From Lama glama (Eukaryota), in the NCBI GenBank assembly GCA_028534125.1, contig CM052817.1, forward strand, positions 52,454,001 through 52,518,000: a stretch of 64,000 nt of DNA, written 5' to 3'. The position numbers and the translations under genes are program-made. Below are positions 12,470 through 24,924 of the stretch, piece by piece (positions within the stretch are counted from its first letter, which is position 1; each line of letters starts with the position of its first letter). Under the pieces are notes generated by a model, which did not search any database, was not told the origin of the DNA, and saw nothing but the letters and a program-made list of their open reading frames with translations.

Positions 12470-15400
12470 AAAACTGTAAATGGTAAAATACATCAACAAA
12501 AGACAAATATTGGCAGAGTGGACTTTTTTAAATGACAAGAAACTCTTTATAAGAAACTTATCTTATGATGGACATTTAGGCTGTTTCCATGTCTTGGCTA
12601 TTGTAAATAGCACTGCTATGAACATTGGGATGTAGGTGTCATTTTGAAGTAGGGTTCCTTCTATATGCCCAGGAGTGAGATTCCTAGGTCATATGGTAAG
12701 TCTATTCCTAGTCTTTTGAGGAATCTCCATACTGTTTTCCACAGTGGCTGCACCAAACCGCATTCCCACCAGCAGTGTAGGAGGATTCCCTTTTCTCCAC
12801 AGCCTCTCCAGCATTTGTCATTTGTGGACTTTTGAATGATGGCCATCCTGACTGGTGTGAGGTGATACTTCATCATAGTTTTGATTTGCATTTCTCTGAT
12901 AATTAGTGATAGATGACTGGATAAAGAAGATGTGGTATATTTATACAATGGAATACTATTCAGCCATAAAAACCGACAACATAACGCCATTTGCAGCAAC
13001 ATGGATGTTACTGGAGAATGTCATTCTAAATGAAGTAAGCCAGAAAGAGAAAGAAAAATACCATGTGAGATCGCTCATATGCGGAATCTAAAAACAAACA
13101 AAAACAAAAACAGAAATACAAAACAGAAACACACTCATAGAAATAGAATACAAACTTGTGGTTGCCAGGGGGATGGGGGGTGGGAAGGGACTGGGATTTC
13201 AAAATGTAGAATAAACAAGCTTGTTCTGTGTAGCACAGGGAAATATATACAGCATCTTGTGGTGGCTCAAAGCAAAAGAGAATGTGACAATCAATGTATG
13301 TATGTTCATGTATAACTGAGCATGTATTGTGCTCAACACTGGAATCTGACACAACATTGTAAAATGACTATAACACAATAAAAAATGTTTAAAAAAAGAA
13401 AATTATCTTAAGTTCAATTAACACAGGTAAGTTCAAAGTAAAAGAATGGAAAAATGATTATTAACCATGCAAACATTACTTAATCTTATATTAACATAAA
13501 CCACATAGATTAGACTACAGAGTAAAGAAAATGACTAGAGACAAACAGGGACATTTCATAGTGATAAAAAGACCATTCTACTAGAAAAATATAATAATCC
13601 TAAATGTGTATGCTCCCAACAACAGATCCTCAAAATTCATTAAGCAAAATTTAGAGATGAAAGGAAAAAAGAGATTCTCAATTAGTACTGAGGATTTCAT
13701 CACTTTCCTCTCAGCAACTGATAAAATTAGTAGACAGAAGAAAAATCAGCAACAATATATAAAGCTCTAAATCCAACCCAACAACAGGATCTAATCATAG
13801 CCATAAAATAAACAACATACTTTAAAGAATGAAATTCAGAGTATGCTCTGATCATAAGAGATCAAACATAAAATATCAGAGAGACAAAAGGAAAATCTCA
13901 AAACACTTGGAAATCATAGTAATACACTTCTAAATGATATATAGGTAAAAGAGTTTCAAAGAAAGAATACAGAATTGAAAGAAAACAAATAAAATATCTA
14001 AAATATGTAGGATGCTTCTGAAGTGTTACTGAGAAGAAATTTATAGCACAAAATACTTAAATTAGGACAAAGGAAGAGTCTCATATAAATAACCGAAGTT
14101 CCTACACTCCAGAAATGAGAAAAGCAAAATCAAAATGAAACCAAAGCACACAAGTAAGAAAGAAGATAAGAACAGAGTTAAATTGAAAATAATTAAACAA
14201 GAGAACATCAACGAAACAAAAAGCTAGTTCATCAAAAAATAACCCAATAAAATTAATAAAACTCTAACAAGAAAGTCAAAAATAAAAAGGGAGAACAAAT
14301 CACCAATATCAGAAATGAAACTAAATATATCACTAAAGATGCTGTTGCCATTAAGAAATAATATAACACCACAAAAAACTTTGCACTCAAATTCAATAAC
14401 TTAGAAGATAAAGATCAATTCCTCAAATTCCACATTAAGTAAATCAGAGCCAAGATAAAATAATCTCAAGTCCTAATATCATTAAATAACTTGATTTTAT
14501 AATTTAAAATCCAATCACTGGATAATTCTAACATTTGAAGATTTTACACAAATTTTCTACTATATCTTTCAGAAAGTAGGAAAGGAGTAAATACCTTCCA
14601 ACTCATTATATGAGGTCAGCATTATCCTGATACTGAAACCAGGTAAAGATTTTTTAAAAAGAAACTAAAATTTAATATTCCACATAAACATAAACTCAAA
14701 AATCCTCAAGAAATATATTAGCACATTGAACCAGAAATGTATTAAATTATACATCACCAACTAGAATTTATTTCAGATATGCAAGGATAGTTCAACATTT
14801 GGAAATGTACACGTGCAAGACATCATTTCAACAGGCTAAAGGAGAAACATCAAGTAAACATATTAATTGATGCCGAAAAAATTGACAAAATTTGGCACTT
14901 TTATGATAAAAATATTCAGAAAATTATAGGTAGAGGTAAACATCCTCAACTTGTTAAGGAACTTCCACAACACTGCAACAGCTAATATTACCTCAAATCT
15001 TGAATAGCCAAATGCTATCTGCTCAAAAACATCACAAAAATTTCTGATCCCACCACTTTCATTCAATACAGTACTGAAAGCCCTAGCCAATGTAGTAAGA
15101 CAAGAAAAAAATCCAAACAAATAGAAGGAAAGAAATATTTTTAAGTATTGATTTTTTAAATTTTAATTATATTTTATATAATATTTATCTAATATAATAT
15201 GTAGGTGTAATACATGTTATATATGTATTTATATAAAATAAGATTTTATTTATTTAATAATTAAATAATACTATTCCTAATTACAAATGACATTGATTGT
15301 CTATATTGGCAAAATTCAATGCATCTACATTAAAGTCCTTAGGAGTAGTAAGCTGAGTTCAGAAAGACTGCAGAATACAAGATAACATGTAGTACAGAAA

Positions 15401-17210
15401 GCAATTGTATTTTTAGATACTACAATGGAACATGGACATTGAAGTTGAAAATGCTTTACCACTCAAATAAATAAGAACTTAGGTGTAAATCCAACATGTA
15501 TGTGACTTGTATACTCCAAACCACAAACCAATGATTAAATAAATCAAAGAAGATCTAAAGATATAAACAGACATTTTGTGTTCATGGATTGGGGTACTCA
15601 ACATTACAAACATCCGATTCTTCTCAAAAGAATATATGTCTAAATCTATAGCTTAATACCTAGATCAAATTCCTATCAACCCCAGCTATCTGTTTTATAA
15701 ATATAGACAAGGTTATTCTAAAATTTGTATAGAAATATAAAGGTATTACAATAGCTCAAATATTTTGAAAAACAAGACTAAAGTGGGAAGAATCAACAAT
15801 TAAGACTGTGGTGTTGACATAGGGATAGACACATATATCAGTGGAACAGTAATGAAAAATCCCCAAATGGATTCACATAGATATTCCCAACTGAAATTTG
15901 ACACAGGTGCAAAATAATTTAATGATGGAAGGGTATCCTTTTAAACAAATGATTCTGCAGCATTTAATAAATACAAGCATCAGCTAAACTCATACCCTAT
16001 ACAAAAATTAACTCAATATAGTTCAATGAAACATGCAAAACAGTAAAACTTTAAGAATATAGGGGAGAATCTCTTTGGTCTAAAGTTAGGAAAAGAGTTC
16101 CTAGATGTGACATCAAAAGCAAAATCCATACATGATTGATAAATTTGATCTGATCAAAACTAGAAACATTCACTCTGCCAAAAAGCCTGTGAAAAAATGA
16201 AAAGATTAAGTACAGACTGTGAGAAAATGACTGCCAATCACATCTGACAAATTGTAGTATCTAGTATATATAAATAACTCAATATTAAAAACAATCACCC
16301 CAACTCAAAAATGGGAAAGATATAAACATACTACACTGAGGATATACAGTTTGCAAATAACATGAAAATATTTACATCATTCACCATTAGAGAAATACAA
16401 ATTAAAACTGTAATGAGATACCACTATACTTCTATCAGAGTTAAAATAAAGAATAATGACACTACAAAATCTTGGTAAGGATGCAAGGAGACTAGATCAT
16501 TCAAGCATTGCTAATGGGATATCAAATAGCATTACCACTCTGGAAAACAGGCAGATTTTTTTTTTAACCTAAACGTGAAACTATCATAAGACCCAGAAAC
16601 TGCACTCTTAACTTTATTGCATAGAAATGTAAACTTATGTTCACATAAAAGCCTGTACAAAAATGTTCACAACCCCAAGATGGAACCAACACAGAGGCCC
16701 TTCAATGGGTAAATTATTAAAGGGTAAGTACACTTATATACCATGGAATATTACTCAGCAATTAAAAAAAACTATTGATATAAACAAAGACTTGAACTTC
16801 TAGGGGTTTAACTGAGTTTGAAAAAAAAAGCCAATCCCAAAATGTTATATACTAAATTATTTTACTTATACATTATTTTTAAAAGATAACATTTTTAAAG
16901 AGGAGAATATATTAGGGTGGTCAGGGTGTAGGGAAGTCACGGGGGAAGGGAGATGAATGTGGGTCTAACAGACTTAACAGGTGAGACCATTGTGCCGATC
17001 ACAGTATATCTTTCTGTGATAGTGGTAACTGAAAGTGGACTTGTGATAAAATTGTGGAGAACACATATACACATACATACACACACATTAATGAGTATAA
17101 GTAAAACTAGAAAATTTGAATTTTTAGAGTTTACAAGATGAGCAGTAATGATTATTAAGACAAGGAAATTCTTTGGAATCCTTTCTTTACACATCTCAGG
17201 TAATCTACGT
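12470..17210 (+). mobile_element. Old L1 (L1MD-like) decayed ORF2 plus 3'UTR, interrupted by a young L1 at 12566-13395
   Basis: Successive ORF2-like segments: endonuclease start ~12475; ataatcctaaatgtgtatgctcccaacaacag ~13595; RT region gatatgcaaggatagttcaacatt ~14777; C-terminal tagagaaatacaaattaaaactgtaatgagataccacta ~16388. L1MD-type 3'UTR (acacacattaatgagtataagtaaaactag ~17082). Many stops and frameshifts. Confidence 0.8.
12566..13395 (+). mobile_element. Young lineage-specific L1, 5'-truncated with 5' inversion (twin priming)
   Basis: 15-bp TSD aagaaacttatctta (12551-12565) / aagaaaattatctta (13396-13410). 12566-12910 is ORF2 C-terminal region in minus orientation ([25 protein letters not shown]...CWRGCGEKG). 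12911 onward is plus orientation ([20 protein letters not shown]...), then 3'UTR, AATAAA and A tail. Confidence 0.95.
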
Positions 17211-20200
17211 TCTAAGCTTCTTAAATATGTGATCTTAGGTGTCTCCTTTTAGTACTAAGAATAAGCAGAAGTGAAGTTTAAAGCTTAATGTTTCCATTAT
17301 ATTTAATTTGTGGTAAAGAAGTTTGTATTCCCCATGGTGCCTATTTTTAATATAATGTATGAATATACAGCATTTACTAAGTGAATAAATGAATGAATTT
17401 CTGATGGCCTAAATGATACCACAAATTATGCATGATAATTTGTTTAATTAACTATAATGACTATTAGAATTTTCATTATTACAAATATATACACCTTTAG
17501 TATTTAGTGTTTACTCTTTTTTTTGCCCACTAAGCAAAACTGTTCTGAAATGCATTCCTTTCATCAAACAATCTTTTCTTATGATTTTTTGTATCTTGAA
17601 ATACGTTAAATTCCCATGTTATTAACATTTGGTATAACATCAATCATAATTTTCTTTATTAACAAAGACTGAATGCATTAGAAAATGAACTAATGGTGTG
17701 CAAATAACTATGGTATTGGTCACATGTATTCTAAATACTGGCAAATAATTTATCTTCGTAGTACCAAAACAGAAGTGATAAATAAATTATAGGAACCAGA
17801 GTAATTACTTACGTTATAATAATGTTCATTGCTAGAATAAAGAAAAACAGGAAAATGAATTTAACATGTTTGAAGTGATTTATTTGTATTAAAAAGGAGG
17901 ATCTTTAACAAATTGCTTGATAAAGCTAAGCCTAAACAATAATATATAAAGGATGCTTCATGTTAATTAACTAGCATTCAAATATCTCTCTGCTTCTGAA
18001 AGTAGTAACTCAACCAAAAATTGGCTGCAACTCAAATTGCAGAACTTGACCACTGGGTAAAAAATTTATTTACTTGTTTAGGAATTCCCAACAAGAAAAA
18101 ATGCAAGGCTGTATTTGAAAACAACTGTGAGGAGAGCCCATTTGCCACTGTATTGAATTATTAGCTACTTGCCTAGAGAAACATTTGTTGAGATTCTTCT
18201 TAAATAAATGTTATGGAAAAAAAAATCAATTTGTTAAGCAAATGGATGTCTTAATTGTTGCAGCAGTGAAGTCTCTGCAGATGACTGCCTTTATTGTTAT
18301 TCATGCGTGTTTCCAATCTTGCCAATAGATGACATCTCCACACTGGGAGATAAAATGATATCCCCATTTCTCCTTCACTCAATGTAATGGAAACACAAGG
18401 AAAGAAGTGGCTAAATGACATGCAGCAGCCACAGAAGTAGAGAGCACACCAGTAGAGATTAACCCGAAGCAACAGTGATGAACACATAGTCACTATCAAC
18501 TTCTCACATTTCTATTATTATTGTTATTTTTTTAAATCACTCTTTTGAAGAATTTGTTTAGTTTAGATTAGGGAAAAAAGTTGCAAAACAGAGTGAAATT
18601 CTTATGAAGGAAAAATAAAATGGTATCTGACTGAGGTTAGACTTACTTTTTTGGTCTGCTGTTGCTCAACTCTTTCTTGAAAAAAACCTGAACTGAGTAA
18701 GGAAGCTAAGATACTCTAGGTGCCAAGAAGGAATTCAATCTGACATACTGAAACTAAATTTATAATTATATAAATAATAAACTGAAAGAAAATGTGATAT
18801 AGATGACAAAAGATCAACCAATTAACAAATCTGTAACGTCATCAGGAAAAAACGACGTGTAAAAACATAGTCATGGAAGCATACAAAACTACACTCAACT
18901 TAGCTAATGCAAAATCCCACACGAGTGTTTCCTTCTTTATCAATATGAAATTGTTACAAAACTTAATGACTCACAGCTATCATTTTAAATTGACTTATAC
19001 TCTAATTACTTAGGCATAGAGGATACATGATTAAATTTTAGACATATGAATGGAACAAACACATAGCTATGAATACCAAGTACACATTTGAATATACTTT
19101 TTCACAAATAATTTATGGAACTTCAAAAATATACTGAGGTATCAAAAGCAGCTAGAGAATCTGGTGTTACTACATAATCTGCCCATTGTTCATTTTTAGG
19201 TCACCCAAAGTGTATGGTATGATTAGGTAACTCTAAAATACTTCTATTTTCTCTACTTAATAAAAGTAACATATAAATGAACTGAATATTGTAAAAAGAA
19301 CTGTGAAAACAGAATTTGGAAATATAAGCATAAAATATCTAATTGTGAATTTAGATAATTTTACTTTATGGCTGAGGGGAGAAATTATTTTTAAATTAAA
19401 GCATAATATAGAACACAATATTTATTATCTAAAAATATCAAGTATTGGATTCTAATAGGGTAAATAAAAAATGGTATCTTGAGGTTTAAATTACCTTCTA
19501 AACAATAGCAAGTCACAAAGGGATACCTGACCCATTGTTTTCTGCACTTAGGCAGTTTTTAAAGTCAGTCTACAACATCCATTATTTATTATTGTTGTTA
19601 TTATTCATGAACTTGGTGAGTAAATATACTCTATCCTCAACTTCTTCTTGGCTTTACAGGCATAAATACTTAAAGTATAAAATATTTAAACTTTAAGGCT
19701 GCCACAAGTCCACAGTATAAAATAAACTACAAAATACTTTTCTGTCCCTGAACACCTAATTTTGTATGTTCACAAAAATGTACTGTTTATTTATCTTATC
19801 CATTTTTATTTATAATCTCTTGACTTAGGGAAAAAATATATTAAAGAATGATAAAAGGAATTCATATTAGAAATATTTAAAATATAAATCCATTTTATAT
19901 TTACTTTTTAGGACAGAACAGTATATAGGTAAAGCTATGTAATATATTGAGCATCAGGGTAGCACTCAATGCTGTTAACTCATGCAGTATACATACTATG
20001 AAATTATGCTTTTGGATAACTTTAATACTTCACAGAATAAAATGTGGGGTGACTATTTCCTGAAGAATATATCCATCTCTGCATTTTTAAATGACAACTT
20101 GATGAAACACACAAAACATGTTTATATGTCTCTGTTTGTGAACTTCGTTCTGTCTCATTAAATTTTCAAATTTAGTGATTATGTCTGATTGTTTTTCCAA

Positions 20201-20224
20201 GCATACTTGTGTACTACAATTGAG

Positions 20225-20518
20225 CAGATGTTGTTGGTGCCCTATGTTCTCTTCCCCTGCCATATGAATCTCAAGCTCTTTAGGTAGACAACTTGAGGAG
20301 CAATGCTATAAGCTTCTCAAGAAGTCCTATAGGTATCAAGTATCCATGGATCACAGTCATCTTGAAAATGGAAACTTACACTAGCTTTTTCTTCATAACT
20401 GTTTCCCTAATCTCATTCTCTCAACTTGGTTTCCCGGAATTGCCTTCCAAATGAAAATCACTTGGAATCAAGTCCTTGTCTTATCAATCAATTATGTGGG
20501 AAACCCAAAAGAGAACAC
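20225..20518 (+). mobile_element. ERVL LTR16-like solo LTR remnant
   Basis: 3' end ttcccggaattgccttccaaatgaaaatcacttggaatcaagtccttgtctt...gggaaacccaaaagagaaca resembles the LTR16/33 terminus. Confidence 0.5.
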
Positions 20519-22156
20519 TTTTCTTGTCTCCTTAATAGAAACTAACAAATCAACAGATTAAGGCCTAGTTGAATACCATATAATCATTTGTTTTTACAAC
20601 CAACAGGTTGTGCTCTGTCTTCATTTCCTGGATGTCTGCATAGCATTGGACAACATTTTTTTTTTTTTAACATTGATGGCTTCTTTTTGTTTGCTTCCTT
20701 TTTCTACTTTTAACTGCTTTTATCTTGCTCATCTGTTACTGAAGTGCTTCTTCTTTATTGTTGATGCCTCAGCTTTCTACCTCTCCTGAAATTATTTTAA
20801 GGATCTAATTTTATCCTGTAAATAATTATCAAAAATAGAGGAAGAAAAAAAGAGATAAATTTCCTAATTGGTCTCAATGTTTCCACATTGTCCCAATTTA
20901 ATTAGTCCCCACAGCAACCAAAGAAATTTATTTAAACTAAACATATACTTATGTTGATTTTCTGCTCAAAATACTCATATTTTCCACCATGCTGACTTAT
21001 TTAGCTGTACACTCACAGAGTATTATATTCCTTTTAGGTAGCATTTAGAATTAGTTTAAATTATGGAGATTTGGCCAACTATATGTTTAATGGTTTTCTT
21101 TCTTACTGTACTGAAAATCACATAAAAATAGTCTAAGCATGTTAACAATGAGACAATCATTAATAAAAAGGTAATTGTGGTTCCTGTATAAACAGGCTAG
21201 GGTTTATAATTGTATACATTATAGTATCACTAGTCACAAATGGAGAACAAAAATTCAATAAATATTAGTTGAAAAAATGAATAACTTGACAACATACCAC
21301 TATTATGGTTGCCCCAAGAAAGGAAGGAACAAACCTCAAAAGTTAATTCAGATTGAATGTCGGTACTAATGATGCCAACTTCACCAAGAAGGCATAAATG
21401 GACTTACCATTCACATAATAAAGCTTTCTGAGGAGAGGAGATTGAAAATGATTTGAGGGAGGCAGAGAGACTAGGCTAGACCTTTGTAGTGGCTGCATTG
21501 TGAAGAGGAGAAAAGCTCTTTTGTACAAACTGGGTGTTTGTAGGTCTGAAATTCCCACTAGTGCCAAAGAAAGTTGCTCACCAGCTTTGCTAGCTTACTA
21601 GATTGCAAAACAAGATAGAAAAGTGTCTTGAAAATTTTCCGAATGTATATTACAAAATGAAGTCAGTTTCTTTACTAAATAACTTTTCCAACACTTTGTC
21701 ACTTTAATGTAGGCAAATATTTCCCTTACATTAGAAGGAAAAAAAAATGTTTAGTGTGTTGAGGTAAAAAAACTTATCTTTAGTTACACCGTGAATAGTT
21801 AGGTTTTCAGGCATGAATTCAGGCCTTATAACTCTATAACTGGTTGTTAACAGCAGTGCTATGCTGATAAGCAAATGAGATGGCATTCTATTGATCTTTA
21901 CAGTAAGTTAAATATATCTATTTTACTTTTCAGAGAACTTTTAAAGGGTGGAAACAAATAAAGTTGGTGAGAACATTAGGATAATGGAGAAGACATAAAT
22001 TAAAGTTGCAAATCAATCTCAAAAGGAAAATTGGATATCAGAGAAATGATGCCAAATACATTGAAGAAAAAAAACTGTTTAAGGAAGCAGTTTTTTGTTT
22101 AAAAAAGAGTTAATAAGGCTTCTCTTTAATTCAATGTATTAAACAAATGCACTTAC

Positions 22157-22192
22157 CGCTTCTTCTTATCGGAACCCCATTAACACAACACA
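22157..22192 (-). CDS. Candidate 36-nt internal micro-exon of an unidentified minus-strand gene (phase 1-1 reading xCCVNGVPIRRS)
   Basis: Minus strand: ttttaatactcctttttttag|TGTGTTGTGTTAATGGGGTTCCGATAAGAAGAAGCG|gtaagt. Polypyrimidine tract with AG, consensus donor, length a multiple of 3, only one of three frames stop-free, two CpGs, apparently non-repetitive flanks. Confidence 0.5.
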
Positions 22193-22309
22193 CTAAAAAA
22201 AGGAGTATTAAAATACATATATCCACAAGGTCAAAGATTAGAAAACAGTATATAAAATAACAAAATTTTGAAATCTGGAAAGGATATTATCTAACATATC
22301 ACAGAAAAT

Positions 22310-23195
22310 TGAAACTTATTCTGCAGAGAGAAATCATGAAGCCAGCAAATTCTCCCTGCAGAGCCTCCAAAAGCGCAGGAGTTGGAGGCACTGGGCTTCT
22401 CCCAGGTGGTTTCTTTGGGCTGACAAAAAGGACTGGCATAAAATCTGAGTAAGGATTTGTTTGTCTCACCTCCTTCCCCTCTCCGAACGCCATTTGCCCA
22501 GAGGGTTTGACAAGTCATCTCCCCAAACTTACACTGCCTGACTTACATGACTTTGTCACAACTTTCTGGAATTATTCAGTTTCTGGATTCCAGGCAAATG
22601 TAGATGGAGATTCTACTTAAAAAGAGAAATTGAAAGAAACTATATACCAAACGCTAATCTAGGTAGTCTTTGGAGAACAGAAGTAGCCAGGCTTTTACCA
22701 TCTAGAAATGAATTTGAGAGATTCCTCTCTGCTCTCAGATGAAGTAACAGGCACAAGAGAAAAGACACCCAGATTCTAATACCTGGCAATCCACATCATC
22801 CTTATAGTGAGGCCCACACCTTGACAACCATATTCTATGCCCATAAAGATTCCAATCACCTTTTTATTCTCTTAACTCAAAGAAATTCAGACCTCAGACA
22901 CGTAACCACACATGTGAAGAATGCTTTTGATTAAAATTGAAAAAAAAAAATTTCAAAAAAACTTTAAAAGTCAAGATATAAACAATTCAGGGAGAATAAA
23001 AAAGTCAAATTTCAAAAACACAGTATTCATTCATAAAAAGATCAGACAGAACTTTACATTCATGAAATAATACTAGAGCAAACACAAAATAAAAGCAATT
23101 TCATAAAAACACCATAAGGCTTTAAAATATAAGAAAAATTTAAATAATAAAAGGGTTGAAGGATTCAATTGAGGAGAACTAACAGAACTATAAAT
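22310..23195 (+). mobile_element. HAL1 / L1ME-type 5' region remnant
   Basis: tatagtgaggcccacaccttgacaacc...aagattccaatcacctttttattctc...accacacatgtgaagaatgc resembles the HAL1 5' region, followed by an A-rich ORF1-like remnant. Confidence 0.55.
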
Positions 23196-23199
23196 ATAT

Positions 23200-24905
23200 A
23201 GAACTTCTGGTTCCACATGTAAGAAATTTGGAAATCACCAATCCTTTATAACAAGTAAAAAGCTAAACAGACTGAAAAAGCAATAATTCTTCTTAAATCC
23301 ATAAGAGAGGGGAGGACACAGGGTATATACTGCTACCTCCCAAGACCAAAGAGACAGACAAGTGAATACAGTCTTGGCTTACCTGAGTAGAGACTCAAAA
23401 GCAGAAAACACGAAGTGAACCAGTGCTGGGGTAGGAAAACTTGAACTGCAGTTGATGAATTGCTGGAGGATTTTTTTCAAAGTCAACTTTAGAGTTAAAG
23501 ACTCCAGGGGAACCCACTCATAAGAAAGCCTCCAGAATATTACGATTTTATCTCCAGGAGCCAGACCAGTTTCCCACAGTAAACATCTCTCGACAAATTC
23601 CTCCAGCTTCCTGCAGGCAGAAAGGAAAAGAAACCACTCTGAATTACACCAGAGCTCTCTGTTCTTCTTAATGACGCCTGCCTACCCTCAGGGGAAACTA
23701 GTTAACTAGATCCTAACCTGGGGGCAATTATCAGAGCCTAATTGACCTGGGAAGGGAAGTAAGCAATTCCAGCTGGCTCTAGCCAACCTGCCTCATGAAA
23801 GAAGGGATTAAAAATAAAATCACTAGTGAAGTGCACAGGCCACAAGAATAGATTATTAAAAAAAATGGGGCCTAACCATAGCACTGCAGAACACTTCACT
23901 TCCCCACACACCTCACCACTACATTAGTGAAGACCTGTTTACAGCAGTTTTGTTGTTGTTTTGGTGTGTTTTTTTAACCCAATATGCCATGTTAGCTATC
24001 AAGTAAAAATTACAAAGCATGCTAAAAGGCCATTGTCAGCCGAGGGAGGCTTAAGAGGGATTTGAGGAGGTAAGCTGCGGAACCAGAAGAAGGCACAAGG
24101 AGCCGACATAAAGCGCAAGGACCTGACATGGAGCAAAACAGCACTTTACTGCAGTACAAGCGGGTGGTGTGGGCAGGTGTATGCATTTGTCCTTTTATAA
24201 TGCCCGCGCATGCGTATTGTTCATACTGCTGACTCATGCCATTGGCGCATGCGTATTGTTCATAGTGCCTGACGCATGCTACTAGCGCATGCGTACATTT
24301 ACCTCTTACCTCATACAGATGCAAGTTATCGTGAACTTTGCCCTGGGTCCCACAGCCTACTCACTTAAGACTGTGGACAGCTATAAAAACACAATTTGAA
24401 AAGACAGAATGCATCAGAACCAGAAATAAATGACAACAATGCTACAAGGGATGGAGGGGAGGAACAGGACTATTTGGCTTTAATAAGGTATTCACAGTAC
24501 TTTAAAGTGGTATAGTGTTATTTGAAAGTGGGCATGGATTAGTTGTGAATGTATATTATAAACTAATATACCCGCCAAAAAGAGGTTATATATATATATA
24601 ATTTTCTAGGAGGGGAAAGAAAAGAAAGTCATATAAAATACTCAAAACTACAAAAGGCATAAAAATAGTAGAGGACAAAAATAGGAATGAAGAACAAGGG
24701 CAATAAACAGAAAACTAGTAGATATGATAGATAAGAATCCAAATATATCAATAGTCACTTTGAATGACAAGGGTCTAAATGCACCAATTAAAAGACAGAG
24801 ATTGTCAGAATGGAGCAAAAAAACATGACCCAACTATATATTGTCTAAAAGAAACCCATGTTAAATAAATAGACATATGTAGATTAAAAGTAAATGGATG
24901 GATTA
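23200..24905 (+). mobile_element. L1MD-like 5'UTR (ORF1 missing) and ORF2 start; resumes ~26385-26465
   Basis: Homologous to 235-600 and ~1830-1955. ORF2 start at ~24730 (atatatcaatagtcactttgaatgacaagggtctaaatgcaccaattaaaagacagagattgtcagaatgg). Continues after the L1MA insertion as catgctaacactaat...gatttagacaaagcaaactca. Confidence 0.75.
24034..24379 (-). mobile_element. 346-bp CpG-rich solo LTR of unrecognised family
   Basis: TGTC...GACA termini; 5-bp TSD gccat (24029-33) / gctat (24380-84). Minus strand has CCAAT (24241-45), TATAAAA (24193-99) and AGTAAA poly(A) signal (24145-50) in U3-R-U5 order. Interrupts L1 sequence that is contiguous on either side. Confidence 0.85.
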
Positions 24906-24924
24906 TGTGTTATTTTACAATTGT

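Noticed and set aside
12661..13352. ORFs with real protein similarity
   Set aside because: Fragments of L1 ORF2 C-terminus and 3'UTR in a truncated, inverted insertion; not host genes.
24200..24300. Regularly spaced palindromic repeats resembling a CRISPR-like array
   Set aside because: Only three short units with related rather than unique spacers, inside an LTR in mammalian DNA, with no cas genes.
24022..24324. 100-aa ORF with internal repeat YEQYACA
   Set aside because: Translation of the ~40-bp U3 tandem repeats of a solo LTR; no coding evidence.
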